Assembly: GCF_009914755.1 (NCBI RefSeq)
Contig: NC_060931.1
Strand: one strand, 5' to 3'
DNA length: 64,000 bases
DNA from: the human T2T-CHM13v2.0 reference genome, Homo sapiens
Part shown: positions 12,871 through 27,100 of the stretch, in pieces
Layout of the letters: each line of letters starts with the position of its first letter
Numbering within the stretch: position 1 is the stretch's first letter
The notes under the pieces: model-generated
The model's database searches: none
What the model was told of the DNA's origin: nothing
What the model saw: the letters and a program-made list of their open reading frames with translations, nothing else
Position numbers and translations under genes: made by a program

Positions 12871-15103
12871 AGTACAATGGAGCGATCTGAGAAACTGCCT
12901 TGTGATGTGTGCATTAACTTCACAGATTAAACTTTTATTTTCATATAGCAGTCTGGAGACACAGTTTTGGAAGAATCTGCAAAAGGATATTTGGGAGAAC
13001 CTAGAGGCCTATGTTGAAAAAGGAAATATCTTCAGATAAAAACTAGAAAGAAGCTTTCTTGGAAAATGCTTTGTGATGTGTGCATTCATCTCAGAGAGTT
13101 AAACCATTCTGTGGATTCAGCAGTTTAGAAACACTGTTTTTTTAAGAAGCTGGGAAGGGATATTTGGGAGCTTAATGAGGTGAATGGCAAAAAAAGGATA
13201 TCCCAGGGTAAAAACTAGAAGGGAGCTCTTTGAGCAACAGTTTTCTCATGTGTGCATTAATCTCACAGAGTTAAACCTTTCTTTCCTTTCAGCAATTTGG
13301 AAACACTCTTTTCATAGTATCTGCAAAATGATATCTTGGAGCGCATTGAGGTCTATGGTGAAAAAGGAAATATGTTCACTTAAAAACTAGAAAAAAGCTC
13401 CATGAGAAACTGCTCTGTGTTTTGAAAATTCATCTCACAGAGTTAAAACTTTCTGTGCATTCAGCAGTTTGTAAGCACTGTTTTTGTCTATCCTGTGAAT
13501 GGACATATGGCAGCTCATTGGGTTCAATGGAGAAAAAGCGAATATCCCAGGATAATAACCAGAAGGAAGCTGTCTGAGAAACCGCTTTGTGATGTATGCA
13601 TTCATCTCACAGAGTTAAACCTTTCTTTTCATTCAGCTGTTTGGAAACACTGGTTTCATATAATCTGCGAATGGATATCTGGGAGTGCATTGAAGTCTAT
13701 GGTGAGAAAGGATATACCTTCAGATAAAAACTAGAAAGAAGCTTTCTGAAACACTGCTTTGTGGTGTGTGCATTCATCTCACAGAGTTAAACCCTCTTTG
13801 GATTCAGCAGTTTGCAAACACTGTTGTTGTCCATTCTGCCAATGGACACTTGGGAGCCATTTGTGGCCAATGGAAAAAAAGCAAATATCCCAGGATAAAA
13901 ACTAGAAGGAAGCTATCTGAGAAACTGCTTTGTGATGTGTGCATTCATATCTCAGAGTTAAACCTTGCTTTTCATTCAGCAGTTTGGAAACACTGTTTTC
14001 ATAGAATATGCAAAGGGATATCTGGGAGTGCATTGAGGCCTGTGGTGAAAAAGGAAATATCTTCAGATAAATCTAGAAAAAAGATTTCTGAGAAACTGAC
14101 TTGATATATGTGCATTCACCTCGGAGAGTTTAGCTTTTCTGTGGACTCAGCCATTTGCAAACACTGTTTTTGTCCATTCTGCATATGGACATTTGGGAGT
14201 TCATAGAGGCCAATGGTGAAAAAGTGAATACCCCAGGATAAAAACTAGAAGGAAGCTATCTGAGAAACTGCCTTGTGATGTGTGCATTCATTTCACAGAG
14301 ATAAAACTTTCTTTGGATTTAACACTTTGGAAACACTGTTGTTGGAGAATCGGGAGCTCATAGAGGCCAATGGTGAAAATGCAAACGTCACAGGTTAAAA
14401 ACTAGAAGGAAGCTATTTCAGAAACTGATGTGTGTCGTGTAAATTCATCTCAAAGATGTAAATCTCCATTTCATTCCACAGTTTGGAAACATCATTTTTG
14501 TAGAATCTGCAAACAGTTATCTGTGAGCGAATTGAGGCCTACAATGAAAAAGGAAATATCTTCAGATAAAAACTAGAAAGAAGCTTTGTGAGAAACTGCT
14601 TTGAGATGTGTGCATTCATCTCACAGACTTAAATGTTTCTTTGGATTCAGTAGTATGGAAACACTGTTTTTGTCGAATCTTTGAAGATTTAGTTGGGAAT
14701 TCATTGAGGCCAAAGGTGAAAAGTGAATCTCTCAGGATAAAATCTAGAAGGAAGATATCTGAGAAAGCACTTGGTTATGTGTCTGTTCATCTTGCAGAGT
14801 TAAGCCATTCTTTTTATTCAGCAGTTTGGAAACACTGTTTTTGTAGATTCTGCAAAAGGACATTTGGGAGTTCATTCAAGCCAAAGGCAAAAAAAATGAA
14901 CAGCCTGAGACAAAAACTGAAAGAAGCTACAAGTGAAACCGCTTAGTTATGTGTTCATTCATCTCGCAGAGTTAAACCTTTATATTCATTCAGCAGTTTG
15001 GAAACACTGTTTCAGTAGTATCTGCGATGGGATATTTTGGAGCGCATTAAGGCCTATGGTGAAAAAGGAAATACCTTTAAATGAAAACTAGAAAAAAGCT
15101 TTT
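12866..15103 (+). repeat. Alpha satellite, forward orientation
   Basis: The monomer resumes in register after the L1 (AAAAGTACAATGGAGCGATCTGAGAAACTGC) and ends at the orientation switch GAAAAAAGCTTT|TGAATGAAAAG. Confidence 0.96.
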
Positions 15104-18100
15104 GAATGAAAAGAAAGGTTTCATGCCCTGAGATGAATGCACATGTCACAAAGCAGTTTCTCAGAAGCTTATTTCTAGTTTTCATCTCAAGATATTTCCT
15201 TTTTACCATAAGCCTCAATGTGCTCTCAAATAACCCTTTGCCATTTCTACAAAAACAGTGTTTCCAACTTGCAGAATGAAAATAAAGGTTTAATTGTGCA
15301 AGATGAATGCACACATCACAAAGCGGTTTTTCAGATAGCTTCCTTCTAGTTTTTATCCTGGGATACTCTCTTTTTCACCATTTTCCTCAATTAGCTGCCA
15401 AACGTCCATTCACAGAGTGGACAAAAACAGTGTTTCTAAAGTACTGAATACAAAGAAAGGTTTAACTCTGTGAGATGAAAGCACCTGTCACAAAGCAGTT
15501 TCTTAGAAAACTTCTTTTTAGTTTTTATCTGAATATATTTCCTTTTTCACCATAGGCCTCAATGTGCTCCTATATATACCTTTGCAGATTCTACCAAAAC
15601 AGTGTTTCCAAACTACTGAATGAAAAGAAAGGTTTAGTACTGCGAGATGAATGCACACATCATGAAGCAGTTTCTCAGATAGCTTCCTTCTAGTTTTTCT
15701 CCTGGGATATTCACTATTTCACCATTGGCCTCAACAGGCTCCCAAATATCCTTGCACAGAATTGACAAAAACAGTGTTCCCATACTCTGGAATGAAAATA
15801 AATGTGTAACTCTGGGATATTAATGGACACATCATAAAGTGGATTCCCAGATAGCTTCCTTTTAGTTTTTATCCTGGGATATTTGCTTTTTCTCAAATGG
15901 CCTCAATGAGCTCCCAAATATTCTTCTGCAGATTCTACAATAGCAGTGTTTCCAAACTGCTGAATCCAAAGAAAGGTTTAACAATGTGAGATGAAAGCAC
16001 ACATCAAAAATCAGTTTCACAGAAAGCTTCTTTCTAGTTTTCAGCTGAAGATATTTCCTTTTTTACCATGAGCCTCAATGCACTCCGAAATATCCCTTCA
16101 CAGATTCTACCAAAAGAGTGTTCCCAAACTGCTGAATGAAAGGAAGGTGCATCTCTTTGAGATGAATGCACACATCACAAAGGGGTTCCTCAGATAGCTT
16201 CCTTTAAGTTTTTATCCTGGCATAATTCCTTTTTTGCCTATGGCCTCAATAACCTCTCTAATACCCCTTCACAGATCCTACAAAAACAGTGTTTCCAAAC
16301 TGCTGAATGAAAAGAAAAGTTTAATGCTGTGAGATGAATGCACACATCAAAAAGTGGTTTCTCAGATACATTCCTTCTCTTTTTTATCCTGGGAAATTTG
16401 CTTTTTCACCATTGGTTTCAATTAGCTGCCAAATGTCCATGTGTAGAGTGGACAAAAGCAGTGTTTCCAAAATGCTGAATCCAATGAAAGTTTTACTCTG
16501 TGAGATGAATGCACACATCGTAAAGCAGTCTGTCAGGAAGTTTCTTTCCAGTTTTTATCTGAAGATATTTCCTTTTTCACCCTAGGCCCCAAAACAATCC
16601 AAAATATCCCTTTGCAGATTCTACAAAAAACAGTGTTTCCAAACTGCTGAATGAAATGAAAGGTTTGACTCTGTGAGATGAATGCATACATCACAAAGCA
16701 GTTTCTCAGATAGCTTGTTTCTACTTTTTATCCTGGGGTTTTTGCTTTTGCACCTATGGCCTCAATGAGCTATCAAATATCTTTCTAGAGATCCTACAAA
16801 AACCGTGTTTCCATACTGCTGAATCCAAAGCAAGGTTTAACTCTGTGAGAAGAATGCACCCATCACAAAGCACTTTCTCAGAAAGCTTTTCTCTAGTTTT
16901 AATCTGGAGATATTTCCTTTTTCAACATAGTTCTCAATGTGCTCCCAAATATCACTTCACGGATTCTACCAAAGCAGTGTTTCCAATCTGCTGAATTAAA
17001 TGAAAATTTTAACTCTGTGAGATGACTGCACATATCAAAAAGTGGTTTCTGATATCTTCCTTCTAGTTTTTACCCTGGGATATTCACTTTTTCGATTATG
17101 GCCTCAATGAGCTATCTAATATCCCTTTTCAGATTCTACAAAAACAGTGTTTCCAACCTGCTGAATCTAAAGAAAGGTTTACCTCTGTGAGATTAATGCA
17201 CAGACCACAAGGCAGTTTCTTAGGTAACTTCTCTCTAGTTTTTATCTGAAGTTAGTTCCTTTTACGCCATAGACCTCAAAGCACACCAACATATTCCTTT
17301 GCAGATTCTACCAAAAGCGTTTTTCCAAACTGCTGAATGAAAAGAAAGTTTTAACTCTGCGAGATGAATGCACACATCACAAATCGTTTCCTCACACTAC
17401 TTTCTTCCAGTTTTCTTCCTGGAATATTCACTTTTTCACCTTTGACCTCAATGAGATCCCAAATGTCCATTCACAGGAAGGAAAAAACAGTGTTTCAAAA
17501 CTGCTGAATCCAAAGAAACGTTTAACTCTGTGAGATGAATGATCACATCCAAATTCATTTTCTCAGAAAGCTTCTTTTTAGTTTTCATCTGATGACATTT
17601 CCTTTTTCACCACAGGCCTCAATGCACTCCCCTATATCCCTTTACAGATTCTACCAAAACAGTTTACCAAACTGCTGAATGAAAAGAAAGGTTTAACTCT
17701 GTGAGATGAATGCAAATATCCCAATATTGTTTCACAGATGGCTTCATTCTAGTTTTTATCAAAAAATCTTTTTGCAGATTCTATAATAACAGTGTTTCAA
17801 AACTGCTGAATCCACAGAAAGTTTTAGCTCTGTGAGATGAATGCACATATCACAAAGCAGTTTCTCAAAAAGCTTCTTTATATTTTTTACCCAAAGATAT
17901 TCCCTTTTTCATAGTAGCCCTCTAGGCACTCCCAAATATCCCTTTGCAGATTCTACCAAAACAGTGTTTCCAAACTGCTGAATGAAAGGAATTTTTAAAT
18001 CTCTGAGATGAATGCGCACAGCACAAGGCAGTTTCTCAGATAGCTTCCTTCTAGTTTTTAACAAGGGATTTTCACTTTTTCCCCTGTGGTGTAAATGAGC

Positions 18101-21100
18101 TCCCAAATATCCCTTCAGAGATTGTACAACACCAAAGTTTCCAATCTGCAGAATTCAAAGAAAGGTTTAAATCTGTGAGATGAATGCACACACCACAAAG
18201 CAGTCTCTCAGAAAGTTTGTTTCTAGTTTTTATCTGAAGATATTTCATTTTTCACCATAGCCCTCAATGTGCTCCCAAATATACCTTAAAGATTCTACCA
18301 AAACAGTGTTTCCAAACTGCTGAATGAAAAAAAATTTTAACTCTTTGAGATTAATGCACACATCCCAAGGTGATTTCTCAGATAGATTCCTTCTAGTTTT
18401 TATCCAGGGATATTGGCTTTTTTCCCTGTGGCCTCAATGAACTTCCAAATATCCATTCACAGATTCTACAACAGTGTTTCCAAACTGCTGAATGAAAAGG
18501 AAGGTTCATCTCTTTGAGATGAATTTAGACATCATAAGGCAGTTTCTCAGATAGCATCCTTATAGTTTTTATACTGGGATAATAGCTTTTTCCTCCATGT
18601 TCTCAATGAGCTAGCAAATATCCCTTCACAGATTCTACCAAAACAGTGTTTCCAAAATCTTGAATGAAAAGAAAGGTTTAACTCTGCGATTTGGATGCAC
18701 ACATCACAGAGCAATTTTTCAGATAGCTTTCTTCTAGATTTCTGCTGGGATATTCTCTTTTTGGCCTTTGGCCTAAAAGAGCTCCCAAATGTCCATTTGT
18801 AGAATGGACAAAATCAGTGTTCCCAAACTGCTGAATCCACAGAAAGGTTTAATTCTGTGAGATGAATGCACACATCATAAAGCAGTTTTTCAGAAAGCTT
18901 CTATCTAGTTTTTATCTGAAGATATTTCCTTTTTCACCACAGTCCTCAATGAGCTCCCAAATATCCTTTTGTAAATTCTACCAATACAGTGTTTCCAAAC
19001 TTTGGAATGAAAAGAAAGTTTTAACACTGTGAGTTGAAAGCACACAGCAGAAAGTGGTTTCTCAGGTAGATTTCTTGCAGTATTTTTCCATGGATATTGT
19101 CTTTTTCATTTTGGCCTCAATGAGCTCTGAAATGTCCACTCATAGAATGGACAAAAACAGTGTTTACAAACTGCTGAATCCAGAGAATCTTTAACACCAT
19201 GAGATAAATGCATTAATCATAAAGCAGTTTCTCAGAAAGATTCTCTCTAATTTTTATCTGAAGATATTTCCCTTTTCACAATAGGCCTCAATTCAATCCC
19301 AAATATCACTTCTCAGATAGTAAAAAACAGTATTTTTAAACTGCTGTATGAAAAAACAGTTTTACCTCTGTGAGATGAATGCACACATCACAAAGCAGTT
19401 TCTCAAATAGCTTCCTTATAGTTATAATCCTGGGATGTTCACTTTTTTGCAATTGTTCTCAATTAGTTCCAAAATATCTGGTCACAGATACTACAAAAAC
19501 AGTGTATAGGAACTACTGAATCCAAAGAAATTTTAACTCTGTGAGATGAATGGGCACATCACAAAGCAGTTTCTCAGAAAGCTTCTCTCTAGCTTTTGTC
19601 TGAAGATATTTCCTTTTTCACTGTAGGCCTCAAGGCATTCCCAAATATATCTTCTCAGATTCTACCAAAACAGTGTTTCCAAACTGCTGAATGAAAAGAA
19701 AGTTTTAACTCTATGAGATGAATGTAGACCTCGTGAGGCGGTTTGTCAGATATCCTCCTTTTAGTTGTTGTTCTGGGATATTCGATTTTTCTCCTATGCC
19801 CTCAATGAGCTATCAAATATCACTTCACAGATGTGAAAAGCAGTGTTTCCAAATTGCTGAATCCAAACAAATGTTTAAATTTCTTAGCTGAATGCACACA
19901 TCATGAAGCAGTTTCTCAGAAATCTTCTTTCTAGTTTTTATCTGAAGATATATTTTTTTTCACCATAGGCCTCAATGTGCTCCCAAATATCTCTTCACAG
20001 AATCTACCAAAACAGTGTTTCCAAACTGCTGAATGAAAACAAAGTTTTAACTCTCCGAGTTGAAAGCAACCATCACAAAGCTGTACATCAGAGAGCTTCC
20101 TTCTAGTTTTCATCATGGGATATTCACTTTTTTGCCCATGGCCTCAAGGAGTTCTCTAATATCCCTTCACAGATTCAACAAAAACAGTGTTTCCAAACTG
20201 CTGAATACAAAAATAGTTTACCTCTGTGAGATGAATGTGAACATCACAAAGCAGTTTCTCAGAATGCTTCTTTCTAGTTTTTATCTGAAGATATTTCTTT
20301 TTTCACCATAGTCCTCAATGCACTGCCAAATATCCCTTTACAGATTCTAACAAAACAGTGTATCCAAACTGCTGAATATAAAGAAAATTTTAACTCTGAA
20401 AATGAATGCACACATTACAAACTGGTTTCTCAGATAGCTCTCTTCTAGTTTTCATCTTGGGATATTCGCTTTTTCACCATTGGAATAAGGGAACTCCCAA
20501 AAGTCCATTCTCAGAATGGACAATAACAATGTTTCCAAACTGCTGAATCCAAAGAAAGGTTTAACTCTGTGAGGTGAATGCACACGTCCCAAAGAAGTTT
20601 CTCAGAAAGCTTCTTGCTAGTTCTCATCTGAAGTTAATTCCTTTTTATCCCTAGGCCTCAATGGGCTCCCAAATATCCCTTCACAGATGCTACCAAAACA
20701 GTGTTTCCAAACTGCTGAATGAAAAGGAAGTTTAACCAGTGCGAGTTTAATGCACACATCACAAGGTGGCTGCTCAGAAAGCTTTCTCTAGTTTTTATCC
20801 TGGGATATTTGCTTTTTCCCTTATGGCCTCATTGAGCTCCCAAATATCCCTTTGCAGATTCTACAACAGTGTTTCCATACAGCTGAATCCACAGCAAAGT
20901 TTAACTCTGTGAGATGAATGGACACATTACAAAGCAGTTTCTTAGAAAGCTTCTTTATACTTTTTATCTGAAGATATTTCCTTTTTCACCATAATCCTCA
21001 ATGCACTCTGAGATATCCCTTGGCAGATTCTACAAAAACAGTGTTTCCACACTGCAGAATGAAAAGAAAGGTTTAACTTTGCCAGAGAAATGCACACATC

Positions 21101-24100
21101 ACAAAGCGTCTTCTCAGATAGGTTTTTTCGAGTTTTTATACTGGGATATTCTCTTTTTTGCCATTGGCCTAAATGAGCTCAAAAAGTGTCCATTCACAGA
21201 AAGGACAAAAACAGTATTTCAAAGTTGCTGAATCCAAAGAAAGGTTTAACTTCATGATGTGAATGCACACATTGCAAAGCAGTTTCTCAGAAAGCTTCTT
21301 TCTGGTTTTTCCCCACATGCCACAAAGTGCTCCCAAATATCGCTTTGCAAATTCTGCCAAAACAGTGTTTCCAGACTGTTGAATGAAAAGAGAGGATTAA
21401 CTCTGCAGGGTGAATGCACAAATCACAAAGTGGTTTCTCAGATAGCTTTCTTCTAGTTTTTATCCTGGGATATTCTCTTTTTCGTCTTTGGCCTCAATGA
21501 GCTCCCAAATGTCCATTCACAGAATGGACAAAAACGGTGTTGCTAACTGCAGAGTCAACAGAAAGTTTTAATTCTGTGATTTCACTGCACGCTTCAGAAA
21601 GTGGTTTCTCAGAAAGCTTCTTTCTAGTTTTCATATGAACATATTCCCTTTTTCACCATAGGCCTCAGTGCGCTCCCAGATTTCCCTTTGCAGATTCTAT
21701 GAATACAGTGTTTCCAAACCGCTGAATATAAGGAAATGTTAAACCCTGAGAGATGAATGTACACATCACAAAGCTGTTTCTGAAATAGCTTCCTTCTAGT
21801 TTTTGTCCTGAGATAATCACTTTTTTGCCTTTGGCCTGATTAAGCTCCCAAATGCCCCTTTGCAGATTCTACAACAACAGTGTTTCCAAACTGCTGAATC
21901 CAAAGAAAGGTTGTACTCTGTGAGATGAATGCACACATCAAAACGCAGTTTCTCAGAGTTTCTTTCTAGTTTTAATCTGAAGATATTTCCTTTTTCACCA
22001 TAGACCTCAATGTGCTCCAAAATTTAAATTTGCAGATTCTACAAAGACAGTGTTTCCAAACTGCTGAATGAAAAGGATGGCTTAAATCTGAGAAATGAAT
22101 GTACACATCACAAACCTGCTTGTCAGATAGCTTCCTTCTAGTTTTATATTTTTTTTACTGGGATATTTGCTTTTTTACCTTTGACCTCTATAAGCTCCCA
22201 CATATCCCAATGCAGTGTTTCCAAACTGCTGAATCCAAAGAAAGGTTGAACTCTGTGACATGAATGGACACATCACAAAGCAGTTTCTTAGAAAGCTTCT
22301 TTGTAGTTTTTATCTGAAGATATTTAGTTTTTCACAATAGGACTCAATGTGCTCTTAGATATCTCTTCAGGGATCCTGCAAAACAGTCATTCCAGACTGC
22401 TGAATGAAAAGAAAGGTTTTTCTCTGCGAGTTGAATTCACACATCACAAAGCAGTTTCTCAGGTAGCTTCCTTCTAGTTTTTATCCTGGGGTATTTTTAT
22501 TTTCACCATTGGCCAAAGGATCTCTCAAATGCCCATTCGCAGGATGGGCAAAAACAGTGTTTGCAAACAGAAAGGTTTAACTCTGTGAGATGAAGGCACA
22601 CATCACACAGCAATTTCACAGAAAGCTTCTTGTTAGTTTTTATTTGAAGATAATTATTTTCTCACCAGAGGCCTCAATGAGTTCCAAAATATAAAGTTGC
22701 AGATTCTACAGAAACAGTGTTTTCAAACTGCTGATTGAAAAGAATGGTGTAAATCTGTGAAATGAATGCACACATCCCACAGCCGTTTATCAGATACTTT
22801 CCTTCTAGATTTTTCCTGGAGTATTCACTTTTTCGCCCTTTCTCTCCATGAGCTCCCAAATATTCCTTCACAGGTACTACAACAACAGTGATCACAAACT
22901 GCAGAATGCAAAAAATGGTTTAACTCTGTGAGATGAATGTACACATCACAAAGCAGTTTCTCAGAAAGCTTCTTTCTAGTTTTTATATGAAGATATTTCC
23001 TTTCTCACCATAAGCCTACATGCACTCCCAGTAATCACTTTGCAGATTCTACAAAATCAGTGTTTCCCAAATGCTGAATGAAAAGAAAGGTTTATCTCTC
23101 CTCAGTAAGTTCAAAAATATACTTTTGCAGATTCTACAACAACAGGGTTTCCAAACTTTTGCATCCACAACAAGGTTTAACTCTGAAGGATGAATGCACA
23201 CATCAGGAAGCAGTTTGTCGGACAACTTCATTCACCTTTTTTCTGAAGATATTTCCTTTTTCACCATAGGCCTCAATGGGCTACAAAATATCTCTTCTCA
23301 TATTCTAAAAAATCAGTGTTTCCAAACTGCTGAATGAAAAGAACGTTTTAACTGTATGAGATGAATGCACACATCACAAATCAGTTTCTTAGATAACTTC
23401 CTTCTAGTTTTTATCCTGGGATATTCAAGTTTTCACCACTTGCCTCAAGGAGCTCCAAAATGTCCATTCCCAGAATGGACAAAAACAGTGTTTCCAAACT
23501 TCTGCATACATAGAAAGTTTTGACTCTGTGAAATGAATGAACACATCACAATTCAGTTTCTCAGAAAGCTTCTTTCTATTTTCTATCAGAAGATATTTCC
23601 TTTTTAACCATAGGCCTCAATGGGATGCCAAATATCTTTGCACAGTTTCTTAAAAAAACAATGTTTCCAAACTATTGAATGAAAAGAAAGTTTTAACTCT
23701 GCTTGATGAATGCACACATCAGGAAATGGTTTTTCAGATAGCTTCCTTATAGTTTTAATACTGGAATGTTCACTTTTTCACCATTGACCTCAGTGACCTC
23801 CCAAATGTCCATTCGCACAATGGACAAACACAGTGTTTCCAAACTGCTGATTTCAGAGAAAGTTTTAACTCTCTGAGAAGAATGCACATATCCCAAAACA
23901 GTTTCCCTTTAAGCTTCTTTCAGGTTTGTATCTGGAGATATTTCCTTTTTCACCATAGGCCTGCTTACTATTGAAATATCTCTTCACAGATTCTAAGAAA
24001 ACAGTGTTTCCAAACTGCCAAATGAAAAGAATGTCTTAACTCTGCGAGGTGAATGCACACATGACAAATCAGTTTCTCCGATAACTTCCTTCCAGTTTTT

Positions 24101-27100
24101 ATCCTGGGACATTCACTTTTTTCCCATTGACCTCAATGAGCTCCCAAATGTCCACTCACAGAATGGACAAAAACACTGCTTCCAAACTGCTGTATCCAAA
24201 GAAATGTTTAATTCTGTGAGAAGAATGAACATATCACAAAGGAGTTTCTCAGAAAGCTTCTTTCCAGTTGCTTTCTGAAGCTATTTCCTTTTTCACCATA
24301 GGCCTCAATGCACTACCAAATATCTCTTCACAGATTGTATGAAATCAGTGTTTCCAAACTGCTGAAAAGGAGAAAGATTTAACCCTATGAGATGAATCCA
24401 GACATCACAAATTGGTTTTTCAGATAAATTCCTTCAATTTTTTATCCTGGGATATTCACTTTTTCATCATTGGCCTCAATGACCTCGCAAATGTCCATTC
24501 CCAGAATGGTCAAAAACAGTGTTACCAAACTGCTGAAAACAAAAAAAGTTTTAACTCTGTGAGATAAATGAACACATCAAATAGCAGTTTCTCAGAAGCT
24601 TCTTTCTCATTTTTATCTGAAGATATTTCCTTTTTCACTATAGGCCTCTGCGCTGCCAAACATCCGTTCTACAAAAACAGTGTTTCCAAACTACTGAATG
24701 AAAGGAGAGGTTTAACTCTGTTAGATGAAGGCACACATCACAAATCAGTTTCTCACATAACTTCCTTCTACTCTTTATTCAGGGATATTCACTTCTTCAC
24801 CTTTGGCCTCAATGAGCTCCAAATATCCATATGCAGAATGGACAAAAACAGTGTTTCCAAACTGCTGAATCCAAAGAAATATTTAACTCTGTGAGATGAA
24901 TGAACTCATCAAAAGCAGTTTCTCGGACAGCTTCTTTCTAGTTTTTTTTTTTTCTAAAGTGATTTCCTTTTTCAACATAGGACTCAATGTGCTACAAAAT
25001 ATCCCTTCACAGATTCTATAAAAACAGTGTTTCCAAACTGCTGAATGAAAAGAAACATTTACTCTGAGTTGAATGTACACATCACAAAGCAGTTTCTCAG
25101 ATAGCTTCTTTCTAGTCCTTATCCTGGGATATTTCCTTTTTTGCAATTGGCCTCATTGAGTTCCCAAATGTCCATTCCAAGAATGGACAAAGCAGTGTTT
25201 CCAAACTGCTGAAATCTCAAGAAAGGTTTAACTCTGTGAGATGAATGAACACATCAACATGCAGTTTCTCAGACAGATTCTTTCTAGTTTTTATCGGCAT
25301 ATATTTCATTTTTCACCCTAGGCCTCAATGGCTGCCAAATATCCCTTCTCAGTTTCTACAAAAACAGTGTTTCCAGATGGTTGAATTAAAAAAAAAAAAG
25401 GTTTAACTCAGCTAGTTGAATGCACACATCACAAAGGGATTTTTCAGGTAGCTTCCTTCTAGTTTTAATCCTGGGATTTTCACATTTTCACCATTGGCGT
25501 CAATGAACTCCTAAATGTCCATTTGCAGAATGGACAGAAAGAGTGTTACCAAACTGCTGAATCCAAAGAAAGGTTTAACTCTCTTAGATGAATCCACACA
25601 TCCCAATTCAGTTTCTCTTTAAGCTCCTTTCTAGTTTTTATCTGAAGATATTTCCTTTTTCACTATAGGCCTCCATACTCTTCCAAATATCTCTTCCCAG
25701 TTTCTAAAGAAACAGTGTTTCCAAACTGCTGAATGAAAAGAAAGGTTTACTTGTGCAAGATTAATGCACAAACCACAAATTGGTTTCTCAGATAACTTCC
25801 TCTAGTTTTTATCTGGAGATATTCGCTTTTTCACCATTGGCATCAAAGAGCTCCCAAATGTCCATTCAAAGAATAAAAAAAAAAAACTGTGTTTCCAAAC
25901 TGCTGAATCCAAAGAAAGGTTTAACTCTCTGAGGTGAATGAATACATCACAAAGCAGTTTCTCGGAAAGCTTCCTTCTAGTTTTTATCTGAAGATATTTC
26001 CTTCTTCACCATAGGCCTCAATGCACTGCCAAATCTACTTTCGCAGTTTCTACAAAAACATTGTTTCCAAACTGCTGAATAAAAAGAAAGTTTTAACTCT
26101 GCTAGATGAATGTAGCCATCACAAATGGATTCTCAGATACCTTCTTCTAGTTATAATCCTCAAATATTCACTCTTCCATCATTGGCCTATATGAGCTCTC
26201 AAACGTCCATTCACAGAATGGACAAAAACAATGTTGCCAAACTGCTGAATCAAAACAATGTTTTAAGTCTGTGACGTGAATGAACACAAACCAAGTGAGT
26301 TTCTCACAAAGCTACCAAATATCTCTTCATAGATTCAAAGAAATCAGTGTTTCCAAAATGCTGAATGAAAAGAAAGGTTTAACACTGTGAGATGAATGCA
26401 CACATCACAAATAGGTTTCTCAGATAAATTCCTCAGTTTTTATCCTGGGATATATCTTTTTTTGCCATTGGCCTCCAAGAGCTCCCAAATGTCCATTCCA
26501 AGAATGGACAAAAACAGTGTTTCCAAACTGCTGAATCCAAAGAAATGTTTAACTCTGTGAGGTGAATGAACACATCACAAAGCAGTTAATCAGAAACTTT
26601 CTTTTCTAGTTTTTATCTGAAGATATTTCCCTTTTTACCATAGGCCTCAATGTGCTACCAAACATCCTTTCACAGTTTCTACAAAAACAGTGCTTCCAAA
26701 CTGCTGAATGAAAGGAAAGGTTTAACTGTTCTAGATGAATGCACACAACACAGAGCGGTCTCTCAGATAGATTTCTTCTAGATTTTACCCTGGGTTATTC
26801 GCTTTTTTGCCATTGGCCTCAAAGAGATCCCAAAGTCCATTTGCAGAATGGACAAAAACACATTACCGAACTGCTGAATGCAAAGAAAGGTTTAAATCTC
26901 TGAGATGAATGCACACATCCCTAACCAATTTCTCATTAAGCTCTGCTAGATGAATGTACACATCAAAAATGGATTCTCAGATACCTTCCTTCTAGTTGTA
27001 ATCGTCAGATATTTGCTCTTTTGTCATTGGCCTATATGAGCTCTCAAACGTCCATTCACAGAACGGACAAAAACAGTGTTGCCAAACTGCTGAATCAAAA

